64,000 nucleotides of DNA. It comes from Nannocystales bacterium (GTDB taxonomy: Bacteria; Myxococcota_A; Polyangia; Nannocystales; Nannocystaceae). Every line of letters starts with the position of its first letter. Within the stretch, counting starts at the first letter, position 1. Location: the NCBI GenBank assembly GCA_050633305.1, contig JBOEGF010000001.1:160001-224000 (forward strand), given 5' to 3'. The notes under the pieces are model-generated. The model ran no database searches, was not told the DNA's origin, and saw only the letters and a list, made by a program, of their open reading frames with translations. The position numbers and the translations under genes are program-made. This document shows, in pieces, positions 9,153 through 17,283 of the stretch.

Positions 9153-9929
9153 ATGGCCTCTCGATCTCCAGCCGCTCGACGTTCGATCACCACCGCGCTC
9201 CCGCTCCCGTTCAACCTGCCCCGAAGGCTCGCGACGCTCGCGACCCTCGGCGGCGCAGCGCTGAGCTTGCTTGGCTGCCCGAGTCCCGAAGCCGAGGGTC
9301 GATACGACGAGTTCGCCGACAAGACCCAGGACATCCGGGACGACGCCGCCTCGGTGAAAATGGACGTGGCAGGAACGCTGGTCGACGTCACGGGCACATT
9401 CCACTTCTCGCTGACCGCGACTCCGGTCGCGCCTACGACCCCGTTCCAGTTTGTCGCGACGACGACGTACACCCCTGCCGAGGCCGGCGGTGGGCAGCTC
9501 GACATTGCGTTGCAGCCTCTGTCGCTTGAGATCGGTGCCACCAACACGCCGCGGGAGTTCACGGGGGAGCCGGTCCTGCTCTCGTTCCCAGTCGACGACG
9601 CTGGGGCGTTCGACGCTGATTTGGGGGAGATCAATCTGATCGGAGACGCGAACCCGGTCACCGGAAGTGACATCGTCGCCACGATGCAGCTCCAGGGTGC
9701 GATTCAAGACGAAGACGTGTACTGCGGCAACGTCGGAGGCATGGTCACGGTGCCGGCCAACATCGACCTCACCGGTTCTACATTCGCGGCCATTCGCATC
9801 AATCCCGAAGACGCGATGACGCCCGACCTGCTCCCCGACCCTCCGGTCGGAGCATGTCCGGAAGGCGGCGGTTCGAGCGACACCGACGGTGGCTCGGGCG
9901 GCGACACCGACACCGCGACGGGCGGCTGA
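9153..9929 (+). CDS. hypothetical lipoprotein with D/T/G-rich C-terminal tail
   Basis: Lipobox SLLGC after a hydrophobic stretch. Start trimmed from the 8601 ORF. Confidence 0.7.
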   Translation: MASRSPAARRSITTALPLPFNLPRRLATLATLGGAALSLLGCPSPEAEGRYDEFADKTQDIRDDAASVKMDVAGTLVDVTGTFHFSLTATPVAPTTPFQFVATTTYTPAEAGGGQLDIALQPLSLEIGATNTPREFTGEPVLLSFPVDDAGAFDADLGEINLIGDANPVTGSDIVATMQLQGAIQDEDVYCGNVGGMVTVPANIDLTGSTFAAIRINPEDAMTPDLLPDPPVGACPEGGGSSDTDGGSGGDTDTATGG

Positions 9930-9933
9930 GCTG

Positions 9934-10830
9934 ATGACCCCCGCAACGTTCGATCCCGAACGGCCGGCGCCCGTCTGGACGGCTCCTCTTGGCACGATCG
10001 AAGGGGCGTCCGACGTTGGTGTCCTCGTGTTCACCGGCTATGGTCTCAATTGCGAGGATGAGACATCCGCGGGTTTCGAGATGCTCGGAGCCCGCACCAG
10101 CGTCCGGCACTTCTCCGATGTGATCGACGATCCGGCGGCGTTCGAACGCGTCCGCATCGTCGTGTTCGGGGGTGGCTTCTCGTTCGGCGATCACATCGCA
10201 TCGGGCCGGGTGTTTGCGAACCGCGTCAAAGCCAGGTTGGGCGATCGACTCGCCCGGTTCGTCGACGACGGCGGCTTGGTGCTCGGCATCTGCAACGGGT
10301 TCCAGACCATCGTCAAGCTTGGCCTGGTCCCCGGACTCGAGCGACGCGTGGGGGATCCTCTGGCCGCTCAACAGGCGACCGTGGTTCACAATGATCGCCT
10401 CGGATATCGCAACGCGTGGGTCCGGCTCGCGGTCGACCCAGACTCGCCGTGTGTCTTCACCCGAGGCGCGACGAAGGCGTTGCTCGAGGTTCCGAGCCGA
10501 CACGGCGAGGGCAAGGTCTTGCTCGACCCGGAGTTCGAAGCCGAGGTTCTCGCGAAGGGGCTCGTCCCGGTTCGATACGCCGATGCATCGGGCGCGCCCA
10601 CGCAACGGTGGCCGGACAACCCGAATGGGTCGCCGGGTGCCGTCGCAGGACTCTGCGATCCGACGGGCCGGATCTTCGGACTGATGCCTCACCCTGAGGC
10701 GTACCTCTACCCGGAGAACCACCCCAACTGGATCGCACAACGGGACCAGGGGTGCCTGCCGACGCACGGTGCGGGGCTCGGGATCCTTGCCGGCGGCGTC
10801 CGAGCCGCTCTTGCGCCGACCACCTCCTGA
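9934..10830 (+). CDS. purQ: phosphoribosylformylglycinamidine synthase glutaminase subunit
   Basis: GYGLNCEDET, GGFSFGD, LGICNGFQ (catalytic Cys), HGEG, NPNGS, GLMPHPE. Confidence 0.93.
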   Translation: MTPATFDPERPAPVWTAPLGTIEGASDVGVLVFTGYGLNCEDETSAGFEMLGARTSVRHFSDVIDDPAAFERVRIVVFGGGFSFGDHIASGRVFANRVKARLGDRLARFVDDGGLVLGICNGFQTIVKLGLVPGLERRVGDPLAAQQATVVHNDRLGYRNAWVRLAVDPDSPCVFTRGATKALLEVPSRHGEGKVLLDPEFEAEVLAKGLVPVRYADASGAPTQRWPDNPNGSPGAVAGLCDPTGRIFGLMPHPEAYLYPENHPNWIAQRDQGCLPTHGAGLGILAGGVRAALAPTTS

Positions 10831-10897
10831 ACCCGTTCCAAGCGCGTCGTGCCGCCAGCGGCGGGCACTGGCCCACGGATGTGCGAGAGTATCGGGC

Positions 10898-12754
10898 ATG
10901 ACGGGGGACTCGCGGACGGATCTCGAGGCGCTTCGGCGCAGTGGAAGCGGGAAAATCCTCGCGCTCGGCGTACTGCTCTTGGCGGCCCTGGGTGCCGCTT
11001 CGTGGTTCCTTTTCTTCCGAGCCGAAGGCATCGGCGCCCCCGAGCGGGCCGACAAAGTCCTCGTGGTCCGGGCCGGCAACATCGCCGGGTACAGCGCGGT
11101 TTTGGGTCGGGACGGGTTCGACGCAGCGGAGGGCAGCCTCGAGCACTGGGTCGAGAAGGCCCGTCTCGAGCTGCCCGATCCGCCCGAGGGGACGGATGTC
11201 CAGATCGTGCTCACGCTTGCAGACCACTTTGGCTACGGCTACGTGGTGTTCGAGCACCCCGCCGAGGTCGACTTCAGCGAGATCGACATCGAAGGGATGC
11301 CGGAGTTCGAGGAGCATGTTCGGTTCGCCGCACTGTCGGTCGGCGACTTCGCGTTCCCCCATCAGATGACGGTCAACCCGGAGCCCTCCACCGCGTTGCG
11401 GCGGGTCGAGATCGGGTTGCTTCAAGCCCTTTTCGCGCAAGAGGCCCTCGCCCAAGCGCTTCCGGAGAACGATTCCGCGTCCGTGGAGTCGATCCAACTG
11501 CGCTCCAGGCTCGAGGACGCCATCGTCGACCTGGACCTCGTCGACCGGGCAGAGGCGCTGGCCGAAGAGACGGTGAGCGAGATCTCTCGCGTGCTTCGTG
11601 AGGAGCGAGGGCGCAATCAGCCTGTCCGCCTCGCCGGGGACAATGACGGCGGGCGGGCGGTTCCCAATCCCCGCGGTGGCGTGGTCTCCCTGGTGCGTCA
11701 CTTCGACGTCGTCAGCGACGATGGCATCCGGGCCGAGCTGGAGTGGTCGCCGCAAGAAGTGTTCACAGCTCCGCAGCCGAGCGAGCAAGGGCGCGCGCCG
11801 TTGTGCGCTCCCATGTTCAACCACGCCGCGCTGGACGGTCCTCCGGTGGACCTCATCGCTTCGCCCGACGGGGCTGCGCTTCTCATCGAAAGGCGAGGGA
11901 GACCGCAGCAGGTTTGGATGTCCTCACCACAGGCAGAGTGCGGCTACGTGTTCGCCGACCTCCCCGAGAGCGGTCTGCAGGAGGTCGCGGACACGGTGCC
12001 TGGTCGCGAGTTTGTGGCGCGTCTTGGTACGATCGACGCAGAGGCAACCTTCGAGTTCGTCGACGCGCTCAAGGGCACCGCGACCCTCGTCGAGCTCACC
12101 GGGGTCGCCATTCGAGACGCCGCGTGGCTCGATGCGCGGTTCATGGCCGCGACCGGGGATGACGGCTTGGTCTACCTTCTCGATGCGAAGCGCGAGTCGA
12201 AGCCGCTGTCGGTCATGCCGACCAAGCTCGGCCGGGACCCCGCGTTGTTCGAAGTGGCCAAGCTCTCCGACGACAGCCTGGTCCTCACCGTAGGGGCGGA
12301 GCCTCGGCGTCTCGTTCGACTCCAGGCCAACGTGTCATGGGGCGCGCTGTTCCAGGCGCCGCCGGCTTTGCCCGCGCTGGAGCCCACACCCGGCTCGGAT
12401 GAGCAACCTCAGGACCCCCCGGCGGTCACGGTTCGGCTCGACTCGGCGGCGTTCACGACCACCACACTGACACGGGCCGGGATCGCCCGCGAACCGGTCG
12501 GATCGCCCGACGGATCTTCGGTCGCGTTCACGATTCTCGATCGCGCGCTGGATGACCCAGGGCAGGGCCGGGACTCCGAGATCGCGCTGATCGGTGCGGC
12601 AGGAGGCGATCTCGAGCTGTTGACCAAGAACGGCGTCCGCGATCGTTCCCCACGATTCACCGCGGACGGCGGCACGGTGCTGTTTCAGACCCGCGTCGAG
12701 ATGCCTCGTAGCAGCTGGCGGGTCGAGGTGCCTCGGGGTGTGGCAGTTCGCTGA
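10898..12754 (+). CDS. membrane-anchored protein with C-terminal TolB/PD40-like beta-propeller repeats
   Basis: N-terminal TM helix; SPDG repeats (ASPDGAAL, GSPDGSSVAF, PRFTADGGTVLF). Confidence 0.55.
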   Translation: MTGDSRTDLEALRRSGSGKILALGVLLLAALGAASWFLFFRAEGIGAPERADKVLVVRAGNIAGYSAVLGRDGFDAAEGSLEHWVEKARLELPDPPEGTDVQIVLTLADHFGYGYVVFEHPAEVDFSEIDIEGMPEFEEHVRFAALSVGDFAFPHQMTVNPEPSTALRRVEIGLLQALFAQEALAQALPENDSASVESIQLRSRLEDAIVDLDLVDRAEALAEETVSEISRVLREERGRNQPVRLAGDNDGGRAVPNPRGGVVSLVRHFDVVSDDGIRAELEWSPQEVFTAPQPSEQGRAPLCAPMFNHAALDGPPVDLIASPDGAALLIERRGRPQQVWMSSPQAECGYVFADLPESGLQEVADTVPGREFVARLGTIDAEATFEFVDALKGTATLVELTGVAIRDAAWLDARFMAATGDDGLVYLLDAKRESKPLSVMPTKLGRDPALFEVAKLSDDSLVLTVGAEPRRLVRLQANVSWGALFQAPPALPALEPTPGSDEQPQDPPAVTVRLDSAAFTTTTLTRAGIAREPVGSPDGSSVAFTILDRALDDPGQGRDSEIALIGAAGGDLELLTKNGVRDRSPRFTADGGTVLFQTRVEMPRSSWRVEVPRGVAVR

Positions 12755-12841
12755 CGAGGGCTGCGTCCGACGATAGTTTGATCGATTGAGCCCCGATTCC
12801 CACTCACCCGCTGCCGCCGCCAAACGCGGGGGCGTGGTGAT

Positions 12842-13420
12842 ATGGCCGGCCCTCTTCAGATCGAACACCTCGAGCTTGCGCTCGACCCCGAGGCTCCGTT
12901 TCACCTCAACTTTGCACGGGCACAGGAAGAGATCTTGACCCTGCTGACGAATGCCGTGATGGCGGTGGCGATCCCCGCGGATGTGCCCGTGTCGGCGGAC
13001 GGATACAGCGCCCCAACCAGACAAGACGTCGAGCTGGCGGTCCGGGCCGTGTCGTTGTGCGGGCATGTCCACCTGCCGGGCACGCTGTCCGTGCTCGCGT
13101 ACGCGGCCCGGAGTCCGAGGCCGGGGCTGCGCCTGGCCGTCGCGGCAGCACTTGAGTTTCGAGCCGACGACCGACCCGAGCTCCTCGCGTCGCTTCTTGC
13201 CGACCGCAATGCGCGTGTCAAAGCGCGGGCGTTGTCCGTGCTGGCCCGCCGTCCCGTCCGGCGACGGGTCCGACACCTCGCGGCGCTCAAGCGGCTGCGC
13301 GTGGATCCTGACCCGCGGGTGCGGCGTCTCGCGTTGGGGGTCGGTCTGTTGAGGCGCCGGCCGCCGTCGATGTCACCGCGGCAGTACAAGCAGGTTCGCC
13401 CGCTTCAGCGGACGATGTAG
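12842..13420 (+). CDS. HEAT-repeat-like protein
   Basis: LLADRNARVKARAL and LRVDPDPRVRRLAL repeats. Confidence 0.55.
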   Translation: MAGPLQIEHLELALDPEAPFHLNFARAQEEILTLLTNAVMAVAIPADVPVSADGYSAPTRQDVELAVRAVSLCGHVHLPGTLSVLAYAARSPRPGLRLAVAAALEFRADDRPELLASLLADRNARVKARALSVLARRPVRRRVRHLAALKRLRVDPDPRVRRLALGVGLLRRRPPSMSPRQYKQVRPLQRTM

Positions 13421-14001
13421 CGGTTCCCCGTGAACCGCATCGACTCGGTGCAGTCGACGTCGTCAACCTCGGTGATGAACTCGTCGAGTCCTTCGAGTTC
13501 CACACGTCCGATGAGGCGCAGCATGATCGTGCCTTCGATGTCGTAGTCGCTGTCACCGACAGCGTCGATCGACCCTTCGGCCCGGGTCACCTGGAAGCCT
13601 GTCGTTGCGAACGAGGTCAGCCGGATGACTGCGCCGATGTCGAACGCGCCATCCGCATCCAGTGCTCCGACCGGGTTGGACGCCGCGAACTCAGACGCGA
13701 TGTCGACGATGCCGTCGGAGACCACCACGTCGAACGTCGTCTGAAACGTCGAGGGGTTCCCATTCCTGCCGAACGGAGCGCCTTGACACAGTGTGAGGCC
13801 CAACAACGCAGTGTTCACGTCCATGCACCCGCAGTCTTCGGCGGTCAGCTGGACCGCGTACACGCCGCTGGGCGCGACACCTTGGGCGTCTCCGACTTCG
13901 CTTGCCAGCGCGGAGACCGTCTCGGGATCGAGGGGTCCCGCGGGGTCTTCGCTGCACCCCGCCGACACACAAAGCGCGACGAGCAGAAGGCGCGCGGTCA
14001 C
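13405..14001 (-). CDS. hypothetical lipoprotein
   Basis: GTG start overlaps the pyrE stop; lipobox VSAGC. Confidence 0.65.
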   Translation of the reverse strand: MTARLLLVALCVSAGCSEDPAGPLDPETVSALASEVGDAQGVAPSGVYAVQLTAEDCGCMDVNTALLGLTLCQGAPFGRNGNPSTFQTTFDVVVSDGIVDIASEFAASNPVGALDADGAFDIGAVIRLTSFATTGFQVTRAEGSIDAVGDSDYDIEGTIMLRLIGRVELEGLDEFITEVDDVDCTESMRFTGNRYIVR

Positions 14002-14672
14002 GTCTCGGCCCCGCCGTGCTCGGCCAGGTACGCCTCGATAGCCGCTTTGCCCTGCTCGTTGAGGACGGTCGTCCCGCCGATCTCCCGACCCACCAGCCAT
14101 TCGACCATCGCCCGGACCGAGACGATCGGCAGCACTGCGATCCCCAGCTCATCGCGGAGCTCGGTGAGCGTGGAGCGGTCGGTCTTCCCTTTCTCTTGAC
14201 GGTCGACCGCCACGACGACCGCGGTGACCTGCACGTCTGCGGTCGACTTCAACAGCGCGACGGACTCGCGGATCGAACGGCCGGAGGTGATCACGTCGTC
14301 GACAACGACGACTCGCATCCCCGCTTCGGGTTGGGTGCCCACGAAGGTGCCCCCCTCGCCATGGTCCTTGGCTTCTTTGCGGTCGAACGAGAACCCAACA
14401 TCACGGCCATCACCCGCGAGTGCCATCGCGGTGGAGACCGCCAGCGGGACACCTTTGTACGAGGGACCAAAGACCAGGTCGCAGGCGACGTCGTTGGCTT
14501 TGAGCTGCGCAGCGTAGGCCTGGCCGAGGCGGGTGATGGCATCCCCCGTCCGCAGCTGTCCGGCATTGACGAAGTACGGTGAGGTCCGCCCCGACTTGAG
14601 GGTGAAGGACCCAAAGCGGATCACCTCGTACTGGACCAGAAGCTCGACGAATGCGGCCTGAAACGCCTCCAC
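13998..14672 (-). CDS. pyrE: orotate phosphoribosyltransferase
   Basis: FGSFTLKSGRTSPYF, FGPSYKG, RKEAKDHGEGG, PRPP motif VVDDVITSG. Confidence 0.95.
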   Translation of the reverse strand: MEAFQAAFVELLVQYEVIRFGSFTLKSGRTSPYFVNAGQLRTGDAITRLGQAYAAQLKANDVACDLVFGPSYKGVPLAVSTAMALAGDGRDVGFSFDRKEAKDHGEGGTFVGTQPEAGMRVVVVDDVITSGRSIRESVALLKSTADVQVTAVVVAVDRQEKGKTDRSTLTELRDELGIAVLPIVSVRAMVEWLVGREIGGTTVLNEQGKAAIEAYLAEHGGAET

Positions 14673-14685
14673 GTCCGCGAGGGTA

Positions 14686-16101
14686 TCAGCCCCTCGATGG
14701 CGGCGTCTTCGGGAGCTCGATCACCATGCGCGCGCCCGATGCTCCGTCGATCCGGCTACGGGCCTGGAGGTCGCCGCCGTGCGCCCGAGCGATCTGCCGG
14801 GAAAGATAGAGCCCCAACCCTACGCCGCCTTGGTCCCGGCTGCGCGCTTCGTCCAACCGGCGGAAGGGCTCGAAGACCACCTCGCGGTCGTCGGGGGCGA
14901 TGCCCCGCCCCTCGTCTTCCACCGCGATGACGTAGCCCTGCGTATTCGTCGACACCTCGATGGTCAGCGCACCGTCTGGGCAGGCGCGCCGGGCGTTGCT
15001 CAGCAGGTTGCTCAACAGACGCTCCAACAGCATCCGGTCGCCCTGAATCGTCGGCGACGGTGTCGAGGTGACGGTGGCTGAGAACCGGTCCGCCATGTGT
15101 TCGGACAGTTCATCGAGGCGGACAGGGCTGACCTCGAGCGCACCGCCCGCGACGGATAGGTCGAGACGGCCCGAGGTCAGCAGGTCTCCGATGAGGGACT
15201 CGAGTTCCTGCGCGTCCCGGCCGATGTCGCTCAGACCCTTGCGCAGTCGCTCGATGTGCTTCGATGCGTCGGGGTCGGTGCCGCCTTTGTCGATCTGGTC
15301 GACCCGTCCTTCGAGGATCTCCAGGACGACCCGTACCCGGGCGATCGGGGTACGAAGCTCGTGCGACACGTTGGCCAACAGCACCCGCTGACCTCGGATC
15401 AAGGCCTCGAGTTTGTCCGCCATGCCGTTGAAGGACAGCGCGAGCTCGTCGAGTTCGTCAGCCGGCGCGCCCTGGGGGGTGACGACGCGGTGGGAGAGTT
15501 CTCCGCCTGCGATTCTCAGGGCGCTCGCCTCCACCCGGCCAAGCCGGGAGGTCAGAGAGCGCGACAGGGAGCGGGCCCCCAGGCCCAGCAGCAGCAGCAT
15601 CGCGAGCGCCGAGACGGTCAGTGCAATTCCCCGGGGCGGGTCGTTCGGGCGGACCGAGACGATCCCGACTGTGCGGCCGCTGTCGGGGTCCATCAGTGGA
15701 AACAGAATGAAGTTGCGGTTCTTCCCGCGGTGTAGGACCAGCGTCCGCCCCTGTCGGAGGGCTTTGGCGTGTCGTCGTGGATGCCGGGGTGGGGGGCCGT
15801 CGTCATGCCCCCGGTGGCGGGTCAGCGGTCGCCCTTTGGGGTCGGTGATACGGACCCGTGTCCCGAGCGTCTCGCCCATGGCCTCGACCGTCGTCTCCAG
15901 CCGCTCGGGATCTCGCAGTGCCTGAACGAGGCCGTCGTTCTTCTCCTCGAGGAGTTCGAGCGCCTGCCCGACCCATCGTTCGGACCGCTCCTGCAGGATG
16001 AACCACGTCGCGGTGACGCCCACAGCAGTCCCCGCGAGCACGGTGATGACCACCGTCGCGTAGATCCGCCAGAACAGGCTCGAGCGTCGCCGTTGCTTCA
16101 T
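14686..16101 (-). CDS. HAMP-domain sensor histidine kinase
   Basis: Two TM helices, HAMP domain, H-box VSHELRTP, NLLSNA, DEGRGI, GVGLGL. Confidence 0.92.
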   Translation of the reverse strand: MKQRRRSSLFWRIYATVVITVLAGTAVGVTATWFILQERSERWVGQALELLEEKNDGLVQALRDPERLETTVEAMGETLGTRVRITDPKGRPLTRHRGHDDGPPPRHPRRHAKALRQGRTLVLHRGKNRNFILFPLMDPDSGRTVGIVSVRPNDPPRGIALTVSALAMLLLLGLGARSLSRSLTSRLGRVEASALRIAGGELSHRVVTPQGAPADELDELALSFNGMADKLEALIRGQRVLLANVSHELRTPIARVRVVLEILEGRVDQIDKGGTDPDASKHIERLRKGLSDIGRDAQELESLIGDLLTSGRLDLSVAGGALEVSPVRLDELSEHMADRFSATVTSTPSPTIQGDRMLLERLLSNLLSNARRACPDGALTIEVSTNTQGYVIAVEDEGRGIAPDDREVVFEPFRRLDEARSRDQGGVGLGLYLSRQIARAHGGDLQARSRIDGASGARMVIELPKTPPSRG

Positions 16102-16817
16102 CGGTCTGGTCCCAGGACGTACCCGACGCCGCGCACCGTCTCGATGAGGTCCTTGCCGTCGGGATGGGCCGTGCCCAGTGCTCCGCGAATCTTACTGAGG
16201 TGCACGTCGATCGAGCGGTCCACGCTGGGGTCGAACTCGACCGGCGGGTCGCCCCGCAGCTCACGAACTCGGTTGTTGAGGTCGCCGCGTTCGAGAACTT
16301 TGCCGACGTTGCAGGCCAGGACCCACAACAGGTCGAACTGGTACGCGGTCAGTTCGACACGCTCCCCGTGCAGCTCCGCGACCCGCCGCTCGCGGTCGAT
16401 CGTCAGCGGGCCAGCCTCTGCCGTGGAGACCGACTCGGCGACGGCAGCCGCGGGGGTGGCCGTGTGGCGTCGTAGGACGGCCCGGATCCGGGCGAGGAGT
16501 TCGCGGGGGCTGAACGGCTTGGGGACGTAGTCGTCGGCGCCGAGTTCCAGGCCGACCACCCGGTCGACTTCGTCCCCCTTGGCCGTGAGCATGATGACCG
16601 GAACCCCGGACTGGGCCCGCAGTTGCTTGCACACCGCGATCCCGTCCAACCCGGGAAGCATCAGGTCGAGCAGCACGATGTCGTGCTCGCCGGCCAGGGC
16701 GCGTTCCAGCCCTGCGGCCCCGTCGCCCACGACCTCGACCTCCGCTTCCTGGTCCCGCAGGTATTCGGCGGTCACCTCGGCCAGGCGCTCATCGTCCTCG
16801 ATCAGCAAGATTCGCAC
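16098..16817 (-). CDS. OmpR/PhoB family response regulator
   Basis: ILLIEDD, LLDLMLPGLDG, GADDYVPKPF, IETVRGVGY. 4-bp overlap with the kinase. Confidence 0.93.
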   Translation of the reverse strand: MRILLIEDDERLAEVTAEYLRDQEAEVEVVGDGAAGLERALAGEHDIVLLDLMLPGLDGIAVCKQLRAQSGVPVIMLTAKGDEVDRVVGLELGADDYVPKPFSPRELLARIRAVLRRHTATPAAAVAESVSTAEAGPLTIDRERRVAELHGERVELTAYQFDLLWVLACNVGKVLERGDLNNRVRELRGDPPVEFDPSVDRSIDVHLSKIRGALGTAHPDGKDLIETVRGVGYVLGPDR

Positions 16818-16962
16818 GTGAGAAGTGTGCCACCTCGGTGGCGCGGACACCGTAAAGGCGCGGTGAAGGGGCGATGAACGTGCAGTTGCTGCACGAACGA
16901 AGGGGGTGCGGGCGCTGCCGCAGCTTGACACCGGTTTGGGGAGCGGATAGGCCCACATCACC

Positions 16963-17175
16963 GTGGCGTATCTGTGCAGCCAGTGTCACACCCGCATCGA
17001 GGGTGGGGGCGAATCCAAAGACGAACGGCCGCACCGCTGCCCGCAGTGCGGTGCGGAGGCGGGTTTGGAAAAAGAGAAGGGCATCCCTCCGGCGATGCGC
17101 TACTTCGGATTCGTGGTCGTGGGTGCTGCGGTCGCCGCGGTGAGCGGCGGGATCATCAGTCGAGTTGCGGGCTGA
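16963..17175 (+). CDS. small zinc-ribbon membrane protein
   Basis: CSQC...CPQC followed by a C-terminal TM helix. Confidence 0.6.
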   Translation: MAYLCSQCHTRIEGGGESKDERPHRCPQCGAEAGLEKEKGIPPAMRYFGFVVVGAAVAAVSGGIISRVAG

Positions 17176-17283
17176 CCGCACGTGCACGCCCGGCACGCCA
17201 GCCGAGTTCGCATGAGAGCACCGGGCGCGTTCGTCAGGTGTTCTGGGCGGCGAGGACGGTTGTGCTAACTTCGCTTTCAGGCC

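Noticed and set aside
9934..10830. purQ without adjacent purL/purS
   Set aside because: Dispersed pur genes are common, so this is not notable on its own.
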